The position numbers and the translations under genes were made by a program. 64,000 bases of DNA from Schmidtea polychroa (Eukaryota), in assembly GCA_044892525.1 (NCBI GenBank), contig CM097888.1, forward strand, positions 61,008,001 through 61,072,000, written 5' to 3'. Under the pieces are notes generated by a model. The model was not told the DNA's origin, did not search any database, and saw only the letters and a program-made list of their open reading frames with translations. Shown piece after piece: positions 51,757-63,917 of this stretch (positions within the stretch are counted from its first letter, which is position 1; each line of letters begins with the position of its first letter).

Positions 51757-52920
51757 TCAAGAGGAAATACTTAATAAATTTACTGATTCATTTTCAGTTG
51801 GTATTTGTTTACATTTATTGTAATTATGATCATATTTAACTTTTCTGTCCATCCGGCTTGACTTAGAATCTGGAAAAGCTTTATTGTCAGGGACAAATAA
51901 TTGAAAAAATGCTGTTCGGAATGCGTCACTTGTTCCCAAATAAATATAGAATTTCGCACCATAGTAAGTGAGACTAATGAATTCGATAAAAATCTTTACA
52001 TTTATATATCTAAAATGTTTTCTCCAGATTGTATCCATTAAAATTTCAGAGTCCGTTGCGCAAAGATCTCCTTCTTCTAGACTAAACCCATACAAATGAA
52101 CAATAGTCAACGGTAAACTAGCACAAATTAGATAAAATGAAACAGAAAGCAATGTAACTGTTGTTGCTCCTTTGTGAGACCTTTCGGAGCTTTTGATTCG
52201 AGTTTTGGAGGTTTTATAAATTTTCCACATTTCTGTTATAACCCTTATGTTGATGATAAGAATAATAAAAGGAATACAAGCAAACATAAGGGTTTCGGTA
52301 ATGATATTGTAGATAAACAACCAGTCTCTGCTTTCATCATTAGGATTTGAGGATTTATATATTTCATATATTGTCATACATCGGTTGATATTAGAATCAA
52401 ACCGAAAAAAGTAAAGCATTGGTAAAGCAATACAAAAAGTCTTGATAAATAAAACGACCGAGACCGTTATTGCCCGATTAATTGAACACAGCTTTTCTTT
52501 GGAGAATGGCCAACAAATTGATATATATCGTTCTACAGTAAACGCTAAAGTCAGAATTGGAGACATATACTGTAAAAATAAATTAAAAACGGGAAATACA
52601 TTACAGATAAATCTATTGTTTATAACGGGAATGTTGTAAGTACTATCTAGATGCCATATTATATGTCCTATAATAAAAAGTGAATCACTAATCGCTAAAG
52701 TTGTTAGATATATTGACGAAGAATATCTCATTTGTTTTCGAGTCCAAATGATGAAACTGAAAATGGTTCCTGGCAGACCCAAGCATACAAAAAGCGGCAC
52801 TGTGATTTGCTCGAACAAATGTTTCACAGTGAATTGATTATAAATCCCCAAATCACTTTTATGTCGACCATATACATTTAGTGAGTCATTAATGCATTTT
52901 CTTACATCACTATCATTCAT
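51757..52920 (-). CDS. Rhodopsin-class (class A) GPCR, peptide/FMRFamide-receptor-like, 387 aa
   Basis: Seven hydrophobic segments, two N-terminal NDS sequons, LAISD (TM2), ERY (TM3), Cys in ECL1/TM3 and ECL2, a TM6 Pro, and TM7 KFYIY plus helix 8 (FR..F). An AG acceptor 3 nt upstream of the ATG (intron ending 52924) suggests an upstream exon. Confidence 0.92.
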   Translation of the reverse strand: MNDSDVRKCINDSLNVYGRHKSDLGIYNQFTVKHLFEQITVPLFVCLGLPGTIFSFIIWTRKQMRYSSSIYLTTLAISDSLFIIGHIIWHLDSTYNIPVINNRFICNVFPVFNLFLQYMSPILTLAFTVERYISICWPFSKEKLCSINRAITVSVVLFIKTFCIALPMLYFFRFDSNINRCMTIYEIYKSSNPNDESRDWLFIYNIITETLMFACIPFIILIINIRVITEMWKIYKTSKTRIKSSERSHKGATTVTLLSVSFYLICASLPLTIVHLYGFSLEEGDLCATDSEILMDTIWRKHFRYINVKIFIEFISLTYYGAKFYIYLGTSDAFRTAFFQLFVPDNKAFPDSKSSRMDRKVKYDHNYNKCKQIPTENESVNLLSISS

Positions 52921-55270
52921 ATCCTAAAATAAAAGAAAAGTTAAAACAATAAAATTTCAATTGCAATTACTATATAAATACAAAGTTTACATATATTTTA
53001 AATACAAAAGAATATTGAAGAATTAATTTGCACATTATTTGTTTTAATATAATACAATTATATATATATATATATATATTCTCGAAAATGTCTTAATATT
53101 TTTAAAAATAAAAAGTCATTTTATTTAATAAAATAAACAAATCTGCAAAAAAAGCAATTATTTGTTAAATATAGGTAATTTTAGAGCGCCGTAACAAATT
53201 CGCGCCGATAAATGCGGACAAGACAAAACCACTCCAATTAAAGTTTACAAATTAAGCAAAATCTAATTGGTGAAATTTTTCAAATAATTAATCTGCGAAG
53301 ACAATCTCAGTTATCAAGTTCCTGATCACTATCGACTGAAGGAATTGATTAATATTAGTAAACTCACTTTTGTGAAAAAAATATCGAAATTTTTGTTGAT
53401 TTCAGCTTTTGTGAATTTTGAAAGTTTTAAAATTTTAAAACTTTTATAGATTTTTAAAGTTTGAATTGAAAAAACAGAATTTTATGATTCTTTGAAATGT
53501 GGTTTGATTTCAGCTTTTGGAATTAATGAATTAAAAAAGGATGATATGGTAATCCTTTTTCTGCAAGTTTACTGTTTATTAAAAACAATCATGACAATTA
53601 TTTTATATTATTGTTTTTGATTTTACCAAACAAATATTTACTTTTTATAACAATATTCTGAAATATCTTTGTTATAGATGTGAGAGCATTATTCTACCTT
53701 CACATGCAAAGTTTCAGTTATCATGTTAATACTTCACTTTTTTCTTATGTTAGTTTTATATAATTATCAGTTTTTTGAAAAAAGATTAAAAATATAACAA
53801 TTCAAAAAATTCTATTTTAAGAATTTTTAATAAAAAAGAACTTTTTTGTAACTTATTATTTAACATTTAAAATACATTCTTTATTTTTGGAACTTCGGTA
53901 AAAAGAATCAGGGCTCGAAAGTTTAAATAAAATGATTTCGTTTATCTTTATATATTTTAACTATACCAATATTTTGTTTTATATTTAACAAGAATTTTTT
54001 GCAAAAAACTTTGTGTAAATTAAAGAAATTATTGATTATTACTCAAAAAAAAATATATTTTTAATTGTAAAATGATCAACAATGAAAAAAAATCAAAAAT
54101 TCTATTAATAAAAAAATATTAAAAATTATTTTTGTTTTTCTTCGATGAGAGCTAAATTTATTTTTTAATAAAAGAAAAAGAACTTTACGGTGAAGTTGAC
54201 AATCAGATATTTGTGTTTTCAAGAATACTTTAATTTTAAATTAGTTCTTCAATTTTTACCGAGATGAATTTCTCTCATTTAAATTCCTTTATTTTCTAAG
54301 AATTCAATTTGTAAAAAATTCTAAAAAATGCATTAAAAAATTAAATAATGGGATTGTGTAATTTATTCTTAAATGTGATTTTATAAGAACAATCGTTTTT
54401 GTAATTGAAGATTTTTTTATTGTTTTATTCAATCCAACAAAATTTTACATTTAATCATTTTTTATTTTGGTATTTTCATTGAAATATTTATTCAATCGTA
54501 ATTTTATTTATATTTTTATACATCACACGTTTTTTCCTACTCTAACTAAAATGTACACATTGTAAAACACGTATTACATGCCGAATCATAAATAAGCGAG
54601 TTTTCAATCAGAGGAGGCCAAGCCCGACAGCTAATGTTTTGTTTTAAATCTACAAATTTAGTTCTAACTGTCATTTGAGTGTTTATAAAATGTATAATTA
54701 AAAATAAGAAATTGTGCAAAATCCGAGGTTAATTTAAAAAAAATAATATATCATTTCGTTTATATTTAAATTTAATTTTAAAAAAAGCATTATTAAAAAG
54801 TAATTATAAACTTAACGATGACAGAAAAGAAAAAAAGAGTACTATTCCTAATTTGGAATTCTTGAAGAAATGTTGAAGAATGAAATAAGAAACATTAATT
54901 GAAATATTGAAATGTTTATATCACAAGCAGCATTTAATTAAAGATTAATTGTGAGCTGGGGAACAGAAATGCTCCACATATTTGTAGTTCGAGCTAGGAC
55001 AAAAAGAATTATTGAAATTGACTGCTCAAATATTATTTATTATTCTAAAGAAATCGTCAAAACAAATAAAATGGATACCAACATCGCGTTTACTAAAAGA
55101 CAAAGTTGAAATAGTAGGAGATCATGCCAAATTTGTAGTTATTTTTAGTTAACCCCATTTTAATATAATTTTATACGCTAACACTTGATAAAATTATATA
55201 AAATATATGTATAATTTGAAATAAATTTTTGATTCAGGTTTACTATATTTTGAAAAAATAAATACAAATA

Positions 55271-55820
55271 CAGTCAAATTTCGTTACTATACTACCTACC
55301 AGGATCGAGCAAGAGTAAAAATACATTTATTTTCTCAAGTTACTTATCCCACCAAAATTCTCAGGAATTATCAGTTGGAGTATCTTCTTTTGGTGGATTG
55401 CATGTATCTCTATCTCGTTATCTAACTAATCGCACGCTTGCATTACACCTGGCTTCCCACTTTTCTGGTGCATGAACTTCGGTGCGGTGCAACTTCCTCC
55501 TCAACAGTTATATCATCATCCTTGCTTCCCATGGGCTCTTCACCACATAGCATCTCCTCCCCAATCTTCTCCAGTGTAAAAGTCCCACCAGTCGCGAGGC
55601 GCTTATCAGCTTTGAGAAAGTTAGGCAGCTCGATCTCATGCATCTTTTCCTCGGCTTTTAAAAACTCATGCCTCTTGACAGTTACACAATATAGACATAG
55701 TAGCGAGAGTAGTGGTATAGTAAATTTATTTTATATGTCATTTTGTTGGAAGCTACTAAAAGTGGTATAATAGCGAGAGTGGTATAGTATCGAGGTGGCA
55801 ATAGTAACAAGATTTGACTG
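55271..55820 (-). mobile_element. pogo/Tigger-type internal-deletion derivative, 550 bp
   Basis: TA flanks on both sides; ~20-bp TIRs cagtcaaatttcgttactat vs (reverse complement) cagtcaaatcttgttactat. Subterminal GTGGTATA repeats occur near 55710-55790. The acidic internal ORF fragment (55443-55643, -) resembles a Tigger transposase C-terminus. Confidence 0.8.
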
Positions 55821-58321
55821 TAATAGAATAAAAGAGAAACATTTTAAATATTTTACAAATTTATAATTTTTTATAATTTCTTACTCTTTATAAGTCTGTA
55901 TTCAATTCAACACAAATAAAATATAGAGGTCTGCAACATTATATTCGATCTTTGAGTTTATTTGCCGTAAAATAATGCAAAATATTAATTTCAGAAAAAA
56001 CCACATTTTGTTTTAAATAGTTTCAAATGCTAATTACAATGCCCTCATTTTATCTCCAAGTTGGTCAATTATGAACAATTGAACACACAAAACTTTAAGA
56101 AGCAGATGTCGCTCTTCATTAACTTTTAATGGGAATTCTTTTATTGTTATTTTTACTAAAATTTTAATGCTAATTTTAATTCTTTATTTATTTAATTAAT
56201 TACTCCGAAGGCATAAAATAGCTAATATTTTTATAACCTTAAATTTACTAAAAATATCAAAATAAGCAAAAGTTTAAATTGTTAACAAATATTTAGTTTC
56301 TATTATATCGGTAAATCGACTTCTTCCTGTCGAATGATGCATAATTCATTCAATTTAACCGTGTATTTCATTGAAAATTCTTATATTGTGTTAAATATGT
56401 TAAATATAATAACAGCTTATTTTAAACAAATTTTATTAATGGTTATAGTAAATGAAACAAAATTTGGAACATAATAGGGATTCAAATGGACTTTGAATTT
56501 AATTAAAAATTAAGTTTAAATAAGATAATAATTAATTTAGCATAGAAGTTAATAAACTAATAAACGTGGTATTTGTTTAACATTAGCTATTTATTTAATT
56601 TAATGAACAAGCTTGTATTTGTATTTAATTACCTGATGCAGTTATGATGACATAAATTTAATGCATTTTTGATTATATTTGTAAAGATCAAAAAGCATTT
56701 GAAAATAGAAACTAAATTCTAGGAAATTGAAAAGGACTATCTTTATCGTTGAAAATTTTTCATTTTTATTAAATATAAAATTCGCAGAAAAGGCTTAAAT
56801 NNNNNNNNNNNNNNNNNNNNNNNNNNNNNNNNNNNNNNNNNNNNNNNNNNNNNNNNNNNNNNNNNNNNNNNNNNNNNNNNNNNNNNNNNNNNNNNNNNNN
56901 NNNNNNNNNNNNNNNNNNNNNNNNNNNNNNNNNNNNNNNNNNNNNNNNNNNNNNNNNNNNNNNNNNNNNNNNNNNNNNNNNNNNNNNNNNNNNNNNNTGT
57001 TAATTTATCTTTAAATAGTATTTTACATTAGCATTTTGTAATCTTATAAAAAAATCTTATCTGATTCTGTATAATCACGATTGAACGTCAAACATTATCT
57101 GATAAAATAGGAAAAATATTTTTTGTTTGCAATTACAGAGCAATAATCCCATAAAATAATAAAAGCAGGTAAAACAATATGTAGACTGATTCTCAGTTTT
57201 CTATTTTTACAGTCGAAAACGTTTTTTCATTTTCAAAAGTTTCAAATTTAATCTAAGATTTACTATGAAATATTTTGTGATAAAAGAAAATTTTGTAAAA
57301 TTTTGTCTTTGTTTGTGAATTTTTATTTCGATAACCACTTTTATGTCATTCTATTCTCTGTTGATAAGGAATTGCTATGAAATCTAGTAAATATTATTTC
57401 GATATATTTCGACTGTTTTATTTGCCGCATTTATCTGATTCTTTCTTTGCAATTCATCTTCGATTTTTGCGACATTTGTAAGCGATATTTCATTTCCATT
57501 GAATGAGAAATATATCCTTTAATCCAATCATTATTTGCATCACAGAATGTTTTAATATTATTTTTAACAATTTTCCAATTATTGCCGCTTGCCGCAGTGT
57601 CACTAGTTTTCTATAAACAGCGATACCAATTATTTTTACTATATTATTTTCTGTAAGCCAGTGGTGAAACTGGGGGGAATTGTTACCATTACCTTTCTAG
57701 TTACATAGACCAAAAGAACATATTTGTTTATTGAAGACCTCCATTCCATAAAAAATTGTTTATGTAAAACGAAATTCAGATGAATTATTCATTATTTCTT
57801 AATTTCAAAATCGGATTATTAAAAGCCAAACAATAAAAGCTATGAAATGTTTAAGTAGAGTTTACTTATTTATCTCTTTCAGATTAGAGAAAAAGGCAAA
57901 AATGTAAACCATCTAAGATCATGATAATTACACCAATTGTTACAGTGAGCAATATTTTAATAGATTAATAGGGTTTTGAAGGATTCAGAAAAAGGTTAAA
58001 ATCAAGGGTTCTATGAAATAAATATTTACAAAGTTTATTATACAGTTAAAGTATGAACAATTGAATGACAATGTTGTTCAACTATCACTATCATAGTAAG
58101 ATACTCAACGAAATATATCAAAAATCCAAATACAAATTCTTTGATGAACAATGGGTGTCAAAACACGAAAATCTTTGGTCAACTTGATCGGAAATCTTGG
58201 ATTTTCTGCAAAAAAAGTTAATGTAAACGTTCAAACATTTTCCTTTTCTATTACTATTTATCTATATTGTGGTTATCTAGTGCTATGTCCTTATATTTCG
58301 GAATTAATTATTTTTGTATTA

Positions 58322-58857
58322 TAACAAGAAAATTTGTAGAGCCCAGCCGAGTCTCCTTTAAAAATACTGTCTCGGAACAACTGGGGTGCTTGTATGTATG
58401 TATGTATGTATGTATGTGTATTAACAATAAAATATAAATGATTAAAATATAACAACTTTTATTATTGTCAAATTACTTTAGACTTTAGATAAAAAGATTG
58501 AGTTTTTCTTTCAGCTTCCTTATTTTATCTTTTATTCTCCGTTTAATGATTTTGATGATTTCAAGAAGATAATTCTTGATTTGACTGTTTGAGGATCAAA
58601 GAATTTCAATAGTTTCCAGAAACTATACGTTAGCTAGATCTGTTAAATTAATTTCGTAATTTTCAATTTTCTAATTTGATTATTATCCTTCGTTTTCTTT
58701 ATTTCTTTTTCTTCTGCAATTTCTATTAGTTTTTATCGATTTATTTTGATTTTTTATTTTGTAATTTTACTATAGCAATAATTTACTATAGTAAATTATC
58801 GCTATATAGTTTTTTAAAATTTCATTTACGCGACACTACGGTAACGATAATGATCGT
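58322..58857 (+). mobile_element. Unclassified interspersed element, copy 2 (DINE-1/HINE-like architecture)
   Basis: AACAAG start, hairpin block, (TATG)6, a 36-bp palindrome at 58771-58806 and a terminal hairpin acgat-aatg-atcgt. Homologous to 28544-29172. Confidence 0.6.
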
Positions 58858-59076
58858 AAAGAAAACAAAACTTAATTGAGTTTTTGTAGAAAAGAACAAT
58901 GACAATAAAAATACGACAATCTACTACAATCCACTATTTGTATACTATTTGTTTGCGGAATTTTCATTACATTCTTTTATATAAATTCTTTTAACGGATT
59001 TTCGATTATAGTACCCAATTTGAACAATAGCATTTTTATACGAGAAGTTCTTATAATTTTTTATGAAAGATTTAGT

Positions 59077-62000
59077 CAGGGGCGCGCCGAGCTGTTAGGC
59101 CGCTTGAGTGCAAAATAATTTCCCGCCGCTCTTCATCCTTGCTGCAAAAAAGTTTCTATAATCCAAAATAAAAATAACATTTAATTAAAGTAAAAATTAA
59201 ACTAACTACGGAAGAACACACATATCACATGCAATAGTTTATGAAAATTATAGTTTATTAATCACAAAACAGATAAGTTTAGGAAAGTTATAGTTTAGTA
59301 CACACAAACAATAGAAAGTTTATGAAATTAATAGTTTACTACTCATACAAAAGAGACTTTTCTTGCCTTCTTCAAAGAAAATTGTGAAATTAAGTCATGC
59401 ATATCTAAATTATCTAGGATTTCATGTTCTATTGAAATTATTGATATATTACTTAAACGTTCCTGGAGCATAGTTGATCGTAAATAATTTTTAATTATCT
59501 TCAATTTTGAAAACGATCTTTCACCTGTTGCAACTGAGATTGGTAATGTTAATAGAATTCTGGTCACAATAAATATATTTGGGAATGTTGCCTGAAGATC
59601 ATTTTGTAAAATATATAATAATATAGATTGAGGCTTAATATCTTCTTCTTTTAAAAATACCTTTATAGTTTTTATCTCTTCGAATAAATCAATTCCATTA
59701 ATATCGGACTCATTTCTTTGTTCGTCAGTTAATTTCAAATGTAAATCTTTGCAGCTTTTCAAAAGTATTTCTCCTGTTATATCTTTAATATTATACATAA
59801 ATCCAAATATATCATTATACGATTTTAACGCTTCGAATCTTGTTGTAATTGATACTAATGCTTGGTCGATAATGCAGAAATAAAAGTTAATTTTAAAATT
59901 TGTTTTTGGATCTAATATTGGTTCATCCTTGGCTTCATAATCAAAATTTGTTGTTTTTCTTCTTATTCTTAAACTTGAAACTTCTGGAAATTTAGGTTCT
60001 ACGTGTAATTTTTCGGCTAATTCACTAGCTGATGTAAGCATTTTTTCAAATCCATTATCATTACGACAATTTTTAAAAAACTCTATTAAATCATCTAACG
60101 CGGTAACGCTTCTATTGATATCGGTGTTTGGGTTCTGTAATATTTGACTAACAACATTAATTTTCATCAAAATTTCATGCCAAATAACAATGGAACATAA
60201 ATAACAATAACTTGATATTTTTAGTGAAAGAGAATTTGCCACATGTCTGGTTTTAAAGTCAATCAATTGATCATTTGATATTTCAAGAAGAGATTTATAA
60301 ATTTGTTCAGTATGATACCTTAGTGGTTGTATGGCATCAATTCTACTTGACCACCTTGTATCGCTCAGGGGTTTTAATTTTAAATTCGGTAAATATTTTA
60401 CTATTATCGCCCATCTTTTAGTTGACGCCGAAAAAACTACATATATTTCTTGTACTAAATCAAAAAATGTTACTGTTTCATGTGAAATATGTGCCACATC
60501 ATTAACAACTAAATTTAAGCTATGAGCAGAACATGGTACAAAAAATGCTCGCGGGTTGATATTTAAAATTCTTTTTTGTAAGCCATTATGCTTTCCTCGC
60601 ATATTGGCACCATTGTCATATCCCTGTCCACGCATATTATGAATATTTAAATTTAGATTTGAAAGTTCTTTTGAAACAAATTCGGTTAACCCCTCGCCGG
60701 TAGTATTTGTTATTTGATTGAAACCCAAAAAATGTTCACGTATTTCAATTTTTTTTGATTTCAAATTCACAATTCTTATTACAATAGTTAATTGCTCAGT
60801 ATGACTAACATCTGGTGTGCAATCTAATATAATTGAAAAATATTTTGCTTTTCTAATTAAATCTAATATAGCGTTTTTAATACTTGTGCTAATAATATTG
60901 ATAATTTCGTTTTGTATTTTATCCCCCAAATAATGAGGCATATATTTCAAATTGTTTCGAGACTTTTCAATCCGTTGTACATGCTCTTGCATAATAGGGT
61001 CAAATCTTGCAACCATTTCTACTACTTTCAAAAAGTTTCCATTGTTATTTGCATATAATTGATTTGACTTTCCTCTTATGGCAAGGCATTGGCTAGAAAG
61101 ATATTGAATAATAGATATTATTTGTTGAATTACTTCATACCAATACTTTCGTTCGGCTTGTAATAGTCTTTGGTTCGCACTATCAACTGTAGTATTATTT
61201 TTTAATGATTTATTTAACAATATCCATTTTTTTATATTTTCATTATGAAACTGACTTTTTTCATGTCGAGACAAAGTTAACGATAAATGTTGCCAATCAG
61301 AAAAACCAGATGAATCGGATAGACTGCTTTTATCACTGAAATCAAATATCCTACAGCAAAAACAATACACAGAATTTTTAGTAATTGAATACACAAGCCA
61401 TTCGCGTTGTGTTTCTTCTCCGTTCGGCAATTGTCTTAAATAATACTTTTTTGAAAATTTACGCCCACTTGACAATGGAAATTCGAAATTTTTTATTTGA
61501 ATCGGTCCTCTTTCAACAAGGTTACGTGCGGTAATACTTGATATATTATTTGCCCACATACCTGGATCGTCCAATATTATATTTGCTTCACAATTTTCGT
61601 CAGATGAATTTCCAACAGATGAATTTTCAGACCGAATTTCTGTAAAAATTTCATATTCATTCTCATCGCTATCGCTAGAACTTTTATTATCGTCAACAGA
61701 TATGGTAACATTATTTTCTATTTCTATAGGTGTGCTTGACGACGCTGTTGGTGTATTTTCAAAATATTTTGAAAGCGAATTCTTCAAACTCTGCATTGAT
61801 TTCAGTTTATTTAAACGCTGCTTTTTGTATTGTGCGCCAGATAAACGTTTTGTTTTTCTTCCGGTCATATCTAATGGTGCAAATAATACAAATAATAAAT
61901 ATCTAACGTACATCATAACACTTATGTTTAACAAAAATATAGAAAAAGTTGCATTATACTTACCAAATTCTATAATACAATCCTGCTTTCTAATCTAATA

Positions 62001-62385
62001 TTATATATCTCTATTTTTTTTTAAATAAAAATCTTATTGATTTTTATAAATTTAAAAACTGGAAATATTAATGTTGTTTTGAATCCAAAATTAAAACACT
62101 AAATGACTTTGACAACTTGTCAAAGTTATTTAGTGTAATAGTATTTGTCAATGACAAGCCAAGACAGATATATAAAAATTAATGGAGTGCGTTCAATGAT
62201 ACTACACAAACTGTGTGCGTTCAGTAACAAAATAGTCGAAACTTTTTTTTTATTTTACAAAATGAAAAAATGAATTTTACAAAATGAAATTGTTGTTTTT
62301 GCAAATGCATTTTTTTAATTTGCCGCCTTGCAAACGGCCGCCTGCGTGCCACGCACGCGTTGCACGCCCGCTTGGAGCGCCCCTG
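59077..62385 (-). mobile_element. Autonomous-looking hAT DNA transposon, 3309 bp
   Basis: TIRs caggggcgcgccgagc vs (reverse complement) caggggcgctccaagc (14/16). Perfect 8-bp TSD GATTTAGT at 59069-59076 and 62386-62393. GCCGC/CCGC subterminal motifs at both ends. Confidence 0.97.
59343..61868 (-). CDS. hAT transposase (ZMYM1-like; TTF-type zinc finger, DUF4371-like region, dimerisation domain), 841 aa from the ATG at 61868
   Basis: Uninterrupted ORF with CFCC...RHE..QFH, ILDCT (D), GYDNG (D), CSAH (CxxH), TRW and ERSFS (E). The ORF-track start at 61934 lies inside a probable 5'-UTR intron. Confidence 0.93.
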   Translation of the reverse strand: MTGRKTKRLSGAQYKKQRLNKLKSMQSLKNSLSKYFENTPTASSSTPIEIENNVTISVDDNKSSSDSDENEYEIFTEIRSENSSVGNSSDENCEANIILDDPGMWANNISSITARNLVERGPIQIKNFEFPLSSGRKFSKKYYLRQLPNGEETQREWLVYSITKNSVYCFCCRIFDFSDKSSLSDSSGFSDWQHLSLTLSRHEKSQFHNENIKKWILLNKSLKNNTTVDSANQRLLQAERKYWYEVIQQIISIIQYLSSQCLAIRGKSNQLYANNNGNFLKVVEMVARFDPIMQEHVQRIEKSRNNLKYMPHYLGDKIQNEIINIISTSIKNAILDLIRKAKYFSIILDCTPDVSHTEQLTIVIRIVNLKSKKIEIREHFLGFNQITNTTGEGLTEFVSKELSNLNLNIHNMRGQGYDNGANMRGKHNGLQKRILNINPRAFFVPCSAHSLNLVVNDVAHISHETVTFFDLVQEIYVVFSASTKRWAIIVKYLPNLKLKPLSDTRWSSRIDAIQPLRYHTEQIYKSLLEISNDQLIDFKTRHVANSLSLKISSYCYLCSIVIWHEILMKINVVSQILQNPNTDINRSVTALDDLIEFFKNCRNDNGFEKMLTSASELAEKLHVEPKFPEVSSLRIRRKTTNFDYEAKDEPILDPKTNFKINFYFCIIDQALVSITTRFEALKSYNDIFGFMYNIKDITGEILLKSCKDLHLKLTDEQRNESDINGIDLFEEIKTIKVFLKEEDIKPQSILLYILQNDLQATFPNIFIVTRILLTLPISVATGERSFSKLKIIKNYLRSTMLQERLSNISIISIEHEILDNLDMHDLISQFSLKKARKVSFV

Positions 62386-62789
62386 GATTTAGTTAAATAC
62401 TTTACACTAATTCTGAATGAATAAAAATGTTTCATAAAGTTTTATAAATCAAAACTCATTGATGAAATTATTTAAAATTTCTTTAGTATTTCTAGACCTT
62501 TTTCTGCAATGTGAATCTCCTAAATATCGAAGGTAATATAGAAATGTAAAAAGATATNNNNNNNNNNNNNNNNNNNNNNNNNNNNNNNNNNNNNNNNNNN
62601 NNNNNNNNNNNNNNNNNNNNNNNNNNNNNNNNNNNNNNNNNNNNNNNNNNNNNNNNNNNNNNNNNNNNNNNNNNNNNNNNNNNNNNNNNNNNNNNNNNNN
62701 NNNNNNNNNNNNNNNNNNNNNNNNNNNNNNNNNNNNNNNNNNNNNNNNNNNNNNNNNNNNNNNNNNNNNNNNNNNNNNNNNNNNNNNNN

Positions 62790-63917
62790 CGGTACTTGAA
62801 TAACACGATTTCGCTTTAACACGGTTAAAATATCGCGGCACACCCTTGTCTAACACGATATTTTTTAGCACGGTTTTGATTTTACACGGCTTCAAAATTG
62901 ATGAAAACCCTTAATTAACAAGGTTTCAAAATTCAAATTTGTAGAATCTTAGTTGACTTTTTTATGTACATATACGTATACATATACGTATAAATAAATA
63001 TATGTAATGTAATGTACATTTTCAAATTTGTACAATCTTAGTTGGCTTGTTTTTTTAAATATGTATACATATGTAATGTACGTTTTCAAATTTTCTCAAT
63101 CGCAGTAACTGTTTTTTATGTTTGTATATTTTATGTCCAAGCCATTCAAGTCATACTTTACTGATTTCTTGTAGTGAAAAGAAGCCCTTTAAAGAAGTGA
63201 TTTTTAAAAAATAAAAATTGATTTTTAATAAATAAAAGTGAAAAGAAGTGATTTCTAAAAAATAAAAATTGTCAGAATTAAGTAAATTTAAATTTTAAAT
63301 CATTTAAAATCAGTTCAGTTAAGATACATTTAAAACCAATAAGATTTTATAGTGGTCGAGCAGTATTGGATGAATATCGTGCTATTGTCGATTTAGCTCA
63401 TTCCTTAGGCGGAGAAGGATTTGAAAATTTGGCCATTCGGGATGTGAAAGAATTGCTAGCCGAACCAAATTTGGGAGAAGAGGAGTTAGAGGCGATGGTC
63501 AACGAAACTTATACGGATTTACCAAGCTCAGACACTGATACTGAGAGTGATGCCGCAGAGCAAAACTTCACACTCAAATCATTAAGAGAAGGATTTGAGA
63601 TGGCTAAAAAATTAGAAAACCATTTCCTTGACAATAATACGTCAATGGACCGTAGTCTGAAAATTCAACGCGAGATAGGAAAATGCTTAGCTTCTTACCG
63701 AGAAGTCGAGAAAGAACTTAAAAAATATCAAAAACATGCTCTTCTCACTGATTTGATAACCATAATCCAGAAACCACAAGCGACTAATGAAGTGCCAGAA
63801 AATTATTCAAGTGATGAAGAAGCACCAGTAAAAATTATTCAGCCACACATTACATATTTTTTCAGAGATTTTGAGAGTGATGATGAAGTTGAAAGTGGTT
63901 ATGATGGAATTTGTTAA
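62790..63917 (+). mobile_element. Tigger/TIGD1-like element relic: left subterminal repeats plus transposase C-terminal ORF (63366-63917)
   Basis: Five ACACG-type repeats at 62802-62889, next to a gap. The ORF contains LAHSLGGEGFENL..DVKELL, FTLKSLREG, HFLD, RSLKIQR and LITII (Tigger1 C-terminal pattern). It has no ATG start and no DDE core. Confidence 0.7.
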
